A stretch of DNA of 63,495 nucleotides, filler included, from Rhabdomonas costata (Eukaryota): assembly GCA_019059605.1 (NCBI GenBank). It is 24 parts of 24 records of this genome, joined end to end, with 100 filler letters (N's around TTAATTAATTAA, not from the genome) between each part and the next. Parts side by side here need not be neighbours in the genome. Positions count along the whole stretch, not along the records: positions 10,608 to 13,158 come from JAHMHO010002905.1; positions 13,259 to 15,806 come from JAHMHO010002906.1; positions 15,907 to 18,458 come from JAHMHO010002907.1; positions 18,559 to 21,108 come from JAHMHO010002908.1; positions 21,209 to 23,767 come from JAHMHO010002909.1; 19 more parts are not named here. One strand, written 5' to 3'. The notes beneath the pieces are model-generated. The model saw only the letters and a program-made list of their open reading frames with translations, searched no databases and was not told the DNA's origin. A program made the translations under genes and the position numbers. Below are positions 13,142 through 23,867 of this stretch, one piece after another. Each line of letters starts with the position of its first letter. Position 1 is the first letter of the stretch.

Positions 13142-14966
13142 CTTGTGAAACAAAAAAANNNNNNNNNNNNNNNNNNNNNNNNNNNNNNNNNNNNNNNNNN
13201 NNTTAATTAATTAANNNNNNNNNNNNNNNNNNNNNNNNNNNNNNNNNNNNNNNNNNNNACCCTCAGGCCGGTAGTTATGGAAGGCACGTTGTGGCAACGC
13301 TGAACAGCGCAACAGTTTTAAAAAGGAGGTTTTCATTTTTATAGCCGTGGTTCCTGGTATTCGGGCAATTGGGGGCATTCTTGGGTGTTTTTGTTTGATC
13401 ATTGATGACTGGGTGTCAACGAAAGGGACAAAGTTTCAGCAGTCCAAACAGTTTTTCCAAAGGAAAGAAATTCCGTTTTACTCTTTGTTGGACCATAAAT
13501 TCGAGCCCTGTCACTTTTATGGACTATTTTGAGAGAAGGAGAAAGAGAGCAGGCAGAAGTCCTGGCCGCTGGAAGCGTAAACGGGCTGTTCATCAAGGAC
13601 GACACCCCCATCACTGTCCGTCTAGCCCGTCTAGTCCGTTTTCTCTGGGGGAGCTGGAAGACGGGGGTCTCAAATTTCGTAATTTCATAACTTGCAAGAA
13701 GTCAAACTTCCACGCAAAGCCACAGAGTAATCTTTTCAGTGCTCTGTTCTTGTGTCTGCACAAAGAACTTCAACATTTTCCAGAGGTTCGTTCAGCTGAC
13801 AATATGGGAAAAAAGGGAATAAGAGTGGGAACAACAAAACCCTTAAAACAGGGCGAGTTTTCGACAAACACGGCAAGTGGGATGAACACTGGACAAAGAT
13901 GGGGGCACGCGCGTTTCACCTCACTGAGGGGGAAGAATAGGCTGAGAACATCCAAACTCCCACAGCAAAGGTTTGTCACCACCTGGGCCAAAAGTGAGAG
14001 AAGAGCCGGGAGAAGACAGGGAGATTTTCAGTGAGGGGAACACTGATGGCAAGGCTCACCTGCTAGCCTAATTACATACAAAGCCGCAGGTGGAGCTGCT
14101 GCACGCTCCCGTTGTCTCAACAACGATGGGGGACCCTCCCGCTCGACTGGACTCACTTTCCTTTTCTCTGGCACACCTCTCAGCCGTCACCTCCGCCAAA
14201 GTGGCGTTAAAATGCAGATGGTTAACGACCGAGAAGTCCAGCGCGAATAGGGCGGACGGAAAGACCCGAGAAGGTCCTCGGGGCGGAGCAGCTACGACAT
14301 AACCGACTGCTGCATTTCACTCAGGGGGAGCGGGGGGCTTCCTCACCTGGAACCCAGATGCCAAGAGGCCAGGAGAGTCCCACACAGTTACGAACCGTGT
14401 TGTGTCTCCCGTAGGGACGTAACACAGGCGAGCATGGTGATAATTGCAAGCGCGTGTGCTCAGACCTCGTCGAAGAGTGCTTGACCGCAGAGGTTGAAAG
14501 CATTGCGAAAGCCAATTTGTACCCGCCCCCGCCCTCTTCGAACGGCTCGGTTTGAAATTTATCTTAACTTTCATAAAATTTTTGAATGTAACAGTTAGGG
14601 TTAGTCAACGGGGTCAGGGTCACGACAGGGACAGTGCCAATGCAAAAGTTCTAGTTGTACTGGGTCAGATTGGGTCAGATGTTTGCAAGGGTGGCATCTG
14701 ACGCCCTCTGAGGTCTTCAAGTAGTTCACTTCGACAAGTACGTTGCAAAGTTAGCTCACCTACCGGCTCAGCAGACACAAATGATAAGAAAACCAGTAAC
14801 TTGCATCTGGCTATCTTTTTCAACTTAAAGTGTGACAGATGGCGAAAAGCAGTATCCCCATGTGCACCTTAACCTTCGGCGTAATGACTTGCCGCGTTGT
14901 TTTTTCACGAATCCTTGTCTCTGTTTTCTTTTCGCAGTGTTGCTGCCTTTGTTTTTGTTCCTAGGA

Positions 14967-15267
14967 ATGGCTGATGGTTACGTAATCAGCAGCTATGTGT
15001 TCACAATTTTTTCTTCTTCTTTTTGCGGGGTACAGCGTCTTCTACACGCACTCTCGGCGTCGAGCGGGTAAGGACACGAACTTATCGAACTTTGTAGCTG
15101 CGCGCGGCACCGCGTCTGCGTGATTAATTGGCTTTTCCTACCACGCGTCGGCAATGGGGACTTGGGCTGTTGTCTCACCGTCGAGTTACGCTTCGTATGC
15201 GGGACTACTGGGCCTTTCGATGTACGCCCTTTCGAGTGGGCTCCCCATCGTCATCGTCGCGGCACTG
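14967..15267 (+). pseudogene. Disrupted first exon of a sodium:solute symporter (SSS/DUR3-like) family transporter
   Basis: Removing one T from the T-run near 15007-15012 gives MADGYVISSYVFTIFLLLFAGYSVFY...NFVAARGTASA*LIGFSYHASAMGTWAVVSP...YALSSGLPIVIVAAL|GT. There is an in-frame TGA at 15121-15123. Confidence 0.65.
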
Positions 15268-15906
15268 GTGCGTGTGAGCGCCTGCCACTGCTTTGAATTT
15301 AAAGAAGTTGACCTATTGCTGCGTGTTTTCTTCTCCATTGTAACACGCCGGTCTTCCCGTTGTACCGTGAAAGCATCAATGACTGATCGGGCACTTATAA
15401 TGAATCAATGGCTCAGGTTTCATTTTTTGACGGTCCATTATTTCGTATTTTTCAAAGATGAAAAAAGATACCTTTCACTGGTCTGGAGGTTGCCACCCTT
15501 TTTTGACGATGCGTTATTTTTCTTCTGGAGAAAAGCAAGAGTTAAACCATCATTTGCCGCCACCTTACCTTACCCTTCGGATCGTTCCTCTTCCAAGTTT
15601 TGCAAAACATCTTCCGGAAAAGATGAAGCGTTTTGGTTTTACATCGGCCTGCCTCTTTTCGTTGTGAGGATAAAGGGTGCATTTTTCAGGGTCATATCTG
15701 TATTTTTCCGTGAAGTTTGCTCTTTCGTCCAACTCAAGCGCCCAGGCGAAGCGAGAGGGACGCCCTCAATGTCTTGTTTGAACGCTGGATCCTTGCCAAC
15801 CAACCCNNNNNNNNNNNNNNNNNNNNNNNNNNNNNNNNNNNNNNNNNNNNTTAATTAATTAANNNNNNNNNNNNNNNNNNNNNNNNNNNNNNNNNNNNNN
15901 NNNNNN

Positions 15907-16954
15907 GGGTGGTGGCCGCGGTGGGGCCGGCGGCGAGCGGCGCGCCGGTGGATTGTGTGGTAGTTTCTGTGCGCCCAGCCAGCGTGTGGGTGGTGTTCCA
16001 ACTGCTCGCCGCTGTGTCCGCCGCTCAGGCCGCCGCCCTGGTGTGTGTCCGTGTGAGTGAGTGTGAGTGAGTGAGTGAGTGTGTGTGTGTGTGTGCGCGC
16101 CCGTGTCGGTGGGTGCCGGTGGGTGCGTGATGTACTTTCAAGAAGTCAGCCTTGCGATCTTGGAGGTTGAAGCGCAAGAATTAGCGCGAGAAAGCTTTAT
16201 GAGCGAACCCCCCGTAAATTACATTACTCTCTCGGTCGCTGCTCTGAAGACATGCAAACAACCACGCTATTGTGTCAGCAGGTGCCCGTTAAGCGTCTCG
16301 TCAACCAACCCATCAAGTTGCAGGTTCATCTTTCGAAGCTTCTCAGTTTTTCCCAGCATTTTATGGCAAAACAGCAGTTTTGCGGCGAATGAGGCAGGCC
16401 CTCCCTTTCTTTCCGACAAAGGTCTCCTCCCTGATCTCGAACTGCAGCTCGATCCCTGGGCTGAACTGCCTGAGCCTCTCAGTGAACTCAGGAGCCAACT
16501 CAGGCAGTAGGTCTGCTCCATCCCTTGCACCCATCCTGTGGTTTCCCTGACCTTTTCATTCCATTTTCGTTTTCAGCCCGTTCCCTCGGTTTCTCATTGA
16601 TCTCTGCAGATGATTTTTCGCGTCCTTTTTACTTCAGCGTGCGGTAGTGGAGCACTTACACTCATGCCAATTCTTTTCCTTTCGAACCCCCGGGGATCGT
16701 GAAGGCAGAGGCTGATTGGGCCATAGGTTGCGCTTAGTTGAGTTGGCAGAGCATTGGGATGGCTTTGCGTTTTGGTTTTCAGTGGGATCTCTGGCGGTGC
16801 CATTGCGGGGATTGTGGTGGGCACTGTGGTGGGGTTCGCTCTGGTTGTGCTTGGAGCTGTGACTGCAGTTCTACACCTTCGCCGTGCCCGCCACGCACCA
16901 GCCGCCAGCCAAGTCCACCCCGTCTCCGGTGGCCGCGCCAACAATGGTCCTTGA
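15907..16954 (+). CDS. Single-pass (type I) membrane protein, last three exons (15907-16040, 16422-16510, 16783-16954)
   Basis: Phase-consistent GT-AG splicing gives an SEA-like VVSVRPASVWVVFQL segment, then the TM segment GISGGAIAGIVVGTVVGFALVVLGAV, a basic stop-transfer LRRAR and a TGA stop. Confidence 0.75.
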
Positions 16955-19900
16955 GGCCGCTAACCCCCTCTCCTCTTGCTTTTGGGTCTTGGGTGTGATT
17001 GTATTCCCTGGACTAGTAACGTCCGCAGATCGTTGCCTTATTTGCTGAATTAATTCCCACAAGGGGAAACTGAAACTGAGGACGTGGCGCGGACATCATA
17101 ACTTGACAAGAATGACCTCTTGGGGCCCACATTTGGCGGATGGCAATGCTCCAGAGCTTACAGACGGCTTCCCTCCGAGCTGAGAGCTGAGGTGCATATG
17201 AGAATGTAGAGTGTTACATTTTTTTGTTGAACACATGATTAGGTTTCAAATTGCGGTGCATAGTGCGCTTTTGCCTTCGGCTTGGGAGAGATCATGGCTG
17301 TGGCGCATTTATTTTGAGATAACGGGGACAGTTGCTTTTTGATTTTTGCGTATTCCGGAAAGGGGTGCGAGATTTTGTATCATACCCACCCCCCCTATTG
17401 GAACGTTTGCTATGTGTCTCATGACTGACCTGATGGATTTTGCAAAGTGAATGCCCCCCCCCTCCCCCGGTCATCGATAGTATGCCGTACATGTTTGGCC
17501 TTCGCAGCGCCCTCTTACCACCTGGCCGCGGCGGAGGAGGGGGTGGCCGAGGTTGACATAACCGCTGATCTGACCGGCGGACACCGGAATGCATTTGGCT
17601 GAAGGACGTTCGCGTAATTTTTAGGCCGGGAGCAAGCTCTACCAATTAATACAGGCGTGCTCGTTTTCGAAGGGAGCGCTTGTGATTCGGAGCAACACTT
17701 CTTGTAGTGTCAGTAAGCCGATGTTCTGCCTTCTCTGTCCTCCGCACCCACACCCCAAATTCCCGTTTCACGGGACTAAGAGCAAGAACAGCCCTTTGGG
17801 TGTTTATTTTTCATTTAAGGGTCCTTCTTGGCGCGAATGCGCATGCTGCGATAATGCGTAACAGAGTCGAACTTGCCCGCGTTTGCACCACCGAATGCTC
17901 ACACGTTACCACAGAACTCTTTCCTCACGGGTGACCCACGGGTGGCCTTGGCGCATTTCCCACTTTTTCGGGGGCGCTTTTTCTGGCTTGCTTTTCCTCC
18001 CCTGTAGATATTTCCGACTTGATTTTACCCTCGTTAGAGAGGACCGCGACCCTGCGACCGTAGTCGGACAGGTGTGGGGGGATGATGTCTTTCTCTCCTC
18101 ACGTGAAGACGCAGTCACAGATAAATAGTAGGGAGTTACACACGTTACCTTTCGTTGGAAATCATGGTGCTGTTGTATTTATGGTGTAGTTGTTTTCTCC
18201 TTCGCCCTTGGCATGTGCTTTCCCTGCCTTCCACCTTGTCTTTTTGCTGCTCAACGTTCTTTTCGTGCTCTTCTTTTTCGTGCTCCGATGGGCCTCTGCT
18301 CATCGCCTCGAGGGCTGTGCTGCTCCCTTGCTTTTGTAGTTGATACCTTCCTCTCCACTACATCTGCAACCCGCTCATGCCTTTCACAGGACTGTCCACA
18401 CCAGCCCGCTTACGGGCCAAAATACCTCCCCCCACAACCCCCCAACCACACCCACCACNNNNNNNNNNNNNNNNNNNNNNNNNNNNNNNNNNNNNNNNNN
18501 NNTTAATTAATTAANNNNNNNNNNNNNNNNNNNNNNNNNNNNNNNNNNNNNNNNNNNNTGTGGAATCGGTCGCCTGCTGCCGAACTCTGAAACTTACCCC
18601 CACGAGAGGTATATAAACAGGATTACAGTGTTTTCAGAAGCCGTTGAGGACGGACTGACTGAACTGACTTGAATCTTGAATGTTGGTCGAATCCACAACA
18701 GCAGCAGAGAGAGTGCGAGTGGAGAGCAACCTTACGCTTCAGTTGCTCAAGCTGATTTTCGGTGCGAACTCTCAAATTCCCGTAGCGCTTCTTCAATTCC
18801 CCCCGAAGCTTCTTTTCCTTCTCCTGTCATCACAGAGGCAAACCATGACGTTTAAAACCTCTGAAAGAGTGCGCGGAATCGGGAAACTGGAGTATTACTG
18901 GAGAAACCCTCCAGATGTAAACACGGAGAAACTATAATCTTGTAAGATACTCCGCGAATCCCCACCAACAAAAACCTGTTATAATCATTGATGGCATGGT
19001 GTGATGGAGAATGCTCACCACGCTGGTGAAAAGTGTCTTTACGCTCAAGTTCATTATCGCAAAGCAAGGAGCGGTGCTAATTCCTTGTTGGACGTCTTTC
19101 GTGCTCCCCTTGGGAAGCAATTGCAGAAAAAGAACGTGGTCCTGCACCACCCACACCCACTCCCCATTTTATTGAGGCTGCCGACCATAGTGAGGGTCCG
19201 GAGGCCGGCTAAAAGGCTGGGGCTCCTCCAGGAAAGGATCTCCAGAAGATAAAAAAGTACCGTTGAGTGCGGAGATCTCTTCCAAGTATTCGGCAAAGTG
19301 GCCTCCTCCGGGCCGTTGTGTTCGAGTGGAAGTTAGGGAAGGGAGAAAAGCAACAAGGTGCCAAAAGGAAATAGGATATAATTGTAAGCAATTGCGGTGA
19401 GGACGGGGTGGGGTTCACACGAGAGCAAAGTGCCTTCACTCCACACTTCACAGTAAAGCGCAACACTCCATTCATTTTACCTGTAGTCACGAGTGGCTTT
19501 TTGCGCTTCTCACAGCACCCCAAAGCCCAACGAATTGCACGCAATCTTATGTGGGGGAACCGCGACAAGAGGTGTCCATTCCGATCCCGTGACAGTCATA
19601 AGCATTCACAGAAGCACAAAACTTCTCACAAGTTCAACACAACAAAAAACCCCACACTGCAGTTCGCCAGGAAGAAGCGATGCGCAAGGACCGCATTCAC
19701 AGAATTGGAACGCAACAAAAAGTTTTCCGGTTTAGGAATATATATCACCATGAAAAGGGAAAATCCCCCCTCGCTTGAACGCAAACAGCAAAAAGAAAAA
19801 GAGGCGCCCAAAGGCGGGAAATGGTATCTCAGGAATGTGCACGAGTTTTTGCACAGATGCTTGAGAAGTAAGATGCTGCACCTGCACATGACAAGAAGGA

Positions 19901-21208
19901 GAAGAAGGCAGAAAGGGACGAAGGGAGGTGGAATGAAAGGCAGTGGCCGACATCAGCGGTCAGTGTCATGTGAGATTTCGTGTTTTACATATTTCGCTGA
20001 TCATGGAAACGCACTCACACAATGAATCGCGTTTGTTGAGTCTCCCGCTGTCAAAGGGGAAGTACGCCAACACCTATGCCCAGTGTGAACGAGTTCATGG
20101 GTGAGTGAGAGGGAGCAGAACGGAACTCCACCAGTGCTGAGGAGATAGGAATACGCTGCGCACAGGAGTGCCAAGATACGCACACCTCCTCCCCCGCTGT
20201 CCCACATCGCTCACCCCCGAACATACCGGTGGCCCTCTCCCATGTGTCTTAGATCCCAGCACGCGAGCCGTTTCTTTGGACTAGAAAAGATCACCGCGCC
20301 CAAGGGCTATGAGGACAACACCGAGCATGCACACAGGACACATACACACAGACAGACACACACATTGAGTGGATAAGGCCATAAAGGCCAAACGGAGGGG
20401 GAGGGGGGCACAAAAGGTACCAAACGGCACAAAAAAAAACAAGCCACGCAAACGCAAGGGACAACAACTGTGTGCGCGCCAGAGACTCGTGGGGGACAAG
20501 TAAGACTCAAGCACACGCACATCCACACTGACCCACACGCACACGCAGACCCAGCGGGTTCCACCCGCCGAAGGCCTTCCCCTTCGAAATTTCTCAGCAG
20601 CTGCTGAGCATGTTCCCTTCACGCATACGAAGTCCGGCATTGCCTGAACAGAGAAAACAAAGCAAGACAGTTACGAACACAAGTAAGCCCATTATACTGA
20701 GAAAGATGTGAAAACAAATCGCCACTCACCCAACGAACAACAGCGTTGTGATATGCAGGGTACCTCAAAACATTCTCTATGGGTATTTTCACCGAACCCC
20801 TTTACTTGCCTCCCTTTCTAATCGCGTCCCTGGGATGCAAAAAGGAGCAAAGGTGGCACCTTTTTTGAACAAACCACTTCACGGCGTCTCATGGAGCATG
20901 TTTCGTGGTCCTCCAACATTCATGTGATCACTAGTCCCGCTGTGTACACATCGCCTTCCAGACCTAGAACGCATTTGTGGCGTTGATTACTTCCACAAAT
21001 GGGGGCACTGGGCAGACAACGCCCTGAAAGAGACAGCAGACTGCGCAGAATGCCGGTTTTCTTCGCAGTCCCTTTGGACGGCTTTCTTTTAGTGTGGACC
21101 ACAAACCCNNNNNNNNNNNNNNNNNNNNNNNNNNNNNNNNNNNNNNNNNNNNTTAATTAATTAANNNNNNNNNNNNNNNNNNNNNNNNNNNNNNNNNNNN
21201 NNNNNNNN

Positions 21209-22189
21209 TTGTTGTTGGAGTTCATTGAGTATTCGAGCGAGATAGTGGACCGACATGGAGGTCATGACCAGGCTGTCACTTGGATAAACAACAAGGGAGC
21301 AGTTTACACCGGAAGCACACTAAATTATCTGCATGAGAAGTGGCATGACGAGAGATATAGGTTGGGTGAGAATTTCAGTAACCCGCGACAGGGATGGACA
21401 TTCGAGCAGTTTGTGTCGTTGGCAGAATACCACATGAGAGGTAAAAAGCCGAGGTGGACAGTCAGGTTGCCAAGAGAATTGGCGTGGGCGTTTCGAACCC
21501 CAGAGGGTAAACAGGTATACTTCTCGGTATGTGATGTGCATCCGTTGATATGGGCTAAACATTATCTACAGAGCCCAGAGGTGGACAATCCTCGTGTGGG
21601 GATAAATGAAGTGGACAGGAATGGATGGTGTTATGCCCAGAGAGAGTTACATCAACTGAGATATAATGCCGGACCAAGTGGAGTTGTCTTCGGGCAAGCC
21701 TTACAGAGGCTAAAATCAGCTGTCAACACACTGAGACCGGCGAAGATCATGATAAAGGGGAACCAAGATGAAGCGCAGTTGTTGAGCAAATACTTTGAGC
21801 TGATAAACTTCGTGCACCATCCCCCCATAGTTCCCTGCCCAAGAGTGAGGGTAAAGCAGCCTGGAGCCTTGTCAGAGGAGGTACAGGAGACAGTGCTGAA
21901 GCCATTTGTGTTTGCAGTGAAGGCTACATGTCCAGGTCATGCTGAACAACATACCGGGGACCCCAGGTTCCCGAGTCCAGATAAAGTTGACCATTGCGCA
22001 TTAGTGGAATGCTTATATTACTCGGTATACGGGTTACCTGGAGCTAAAGTGGGTGAGTTTGACCAGATGCGGTTTCCCACGTTCACGAGATATATTGCGC
22101 TGGATGAAAGGAAGTGGATGCCCACTGGACAGAACACCGAGAGTTATACCGTGCAGCGTGGGAACAGGACAACGTTCCAGCGGAGATAG
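21209..22189 (+). CDS. Intronless ORF (326 aa, 5'-truncated) with a Maelstrom/arenavirus-NP-like DEDDh nuclease fold
   Basis: Ordered motifs: LPRELAW, RELHQL, IMIKGNQD and C-x2-H...HCALVEC (an E-C-H-C zinc set plus H-x4-acidic). The ORF itself is clear; the family call comes from motif recall only. Confidence 0.55.
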   Translation: MLLEFIEYSSEIVDRHGGHDQAVTWINNKGAVYTGSTLNYLHEKWHDERYRLGENFSNPRQGWTFEQFVSLAEYHMRGKKPRWTVRLPRELAWAFRTPEGKQVYFSVCDVHPLIWAKHYLQSPEVDNPRVGINEVDRNGWCYAQRELHQLRYNAGPSGVVFGQALQRLKSAVNTLRPAKIMIKGNQDEAQLLSKYFELINFVHHPPIVPCPRVRVKQPGALSEEVQETVLKPFVFAVKATCPGHAEQHTGDPRFPSPDKVDHCALVECLYYSVYGLPGAKVGEFDQMRFPTFTRYIALDERKWMPTGQNTESYTVQRGNRTTFQRR

Positions 22190-23867
22190 GCCGTTAAAAG
22201 ATCAGTCGTCAGTCGTCAGATAGACGCCTTCCGCCTTAGCAGGGGAGTGTGTAACCCTCGACATCTACATGGAACGAGTGGGAGTATGCGGATAAAGTGA
22301 CAACCAGAAGGCCTGGCAGAGTTGAAAGATACATGGTGAGAGGAGTGAACCCGTTCTGTAGAGAGTGGACATTGAGTACCAACGCTCGGCGATCCAGGCC
22401 GTTGAAAAGGGAAGCACGTCTGGATATATGTGCTCGCCGAGTTATATCAGAGAGGGAAAGGGGAGAGAAGGCCGAACCGGAGAGAGAGAAGGGCAAGACC
22501 CTCGAGCGAGGCAGTGAGAGAAATGGTTGGGAAGGAAAGTGGAAAAGACGCGAAAAGCAGGAAGGCACGGCAAGCGAAAAGCACAGGAGAAAGGAGAGCA
22601 GTCAGCGAGCAGAGAGGAGAAGAGATAAAGCGCACCCGAGATATAAGAAGAGAGGCGCTCAGATAGACGGGAAAGGCTTGAGGCAAGACAATGGGTAAAA
22701 AGAAGGCCAAGCTAAAGGCTTACGAGGATAAAGGAAATCCTCGATGCGCATGTGCACGCGTTTGTTGTGTTTTTGCCCAGCGAGGATCGACAAGGTCAAG
22801 ATCCTGCAGAATTGGAGTAATTTGACAACGAGAAGATGGATGATTAAAAGAGGAAAAAGTCGGTGTTCTTCAACGCCGATTTCAAGATATTAGAGAAGAG
22901 ATCCCGATAAAGGTCTGGAAACCGACGCCTGACGTCGGATGTTTTTGTGTGGAGTTTGATTTGGGTATACTTTGGTTTTCGTGGTGTTTTTGGTTTGTGA
23001 TAAGAAAGTTGTTCACCTATTTCACAGGTTGCAGCTAAAAGCCCAGCGGAGCGAGGCGAAAGCGAGGTAGAGGCGAGTCAGGGCTAAAAAGGTTTAGAGC
23101 TGAACCTTCTCACTTTCAACTGTGCTGTGCTCTGGTGCCGTTCCCTTCTTGCTTGCCTTGTTTTTGGGTGGGAAAAGCGTAAGCGGACGGCTGGGTAGAG
23201 GCAAGACCTCCAGGACCCCACCTCCCAGCGGAACCCTCGAAAGCGAAGGCCTTTGAAACGAGCAGCCAGCAGAAGCCACAGCAAGAGAAGTCCAGCTAAA
23301 CCACCCGCTTTGCACAAGACCCAGGACCCACCTCAGCTAAAGAGCCCCCGCCACCAGCTAGAGCAAGCAAGCGCGGAGCCGAAGAGCCCGACGCCACACA
23401 CACCCAAGCCAGAAGCCAAAGATATAGCCCACGCCGCGGCGACAGACCGCAGCGCACAAAGAGAGGAAGCCAGACAGGGATCGGGATAAACTCAGCCCCG
23501 TTCTGGGTGTTTCCACCCAGGTAAACCGCGGCAGCGCCCACTTAGTGCAAGCTAAGTCGGGCACAGGCTGTCAGAAGCGGAGCCCAGAGCCACGACCACC
23601 CGCAAGAGGTAGGAGGCACGTAAGAGGCTCGGCGGATAGACGGCGTGGGACACAGGTTACCACACTGTACATCGGCAGCATACCTATGGGTACCAACACC
23701 ATACGCCCTACTTCAACACCAGGCACTAACACACACGCACACATAGTAGTAGTAAGAGGGTAACTATNNNNNNNNNNNNNNNNNNNNNNNNNNNNNNNNN
23801 NNNNNNNNNNNTTAATTAATTAANNNNNNNNNNNNNNNNNNNNNNNNNNNNNNNNNNNNNNNNNNNN

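Noticed and set aside
14595-14605. GTTAGGGTTAG as a telomere
   Set aside because: It is under two repeat units and internal to the contig.
15121-15123. UGA=Trp alternative genetic code
   Set aside because: TGA terminates genes at 12144, 16952 and 46831, TGG encodes Trp throughout, and the same exon also has a frameshift.
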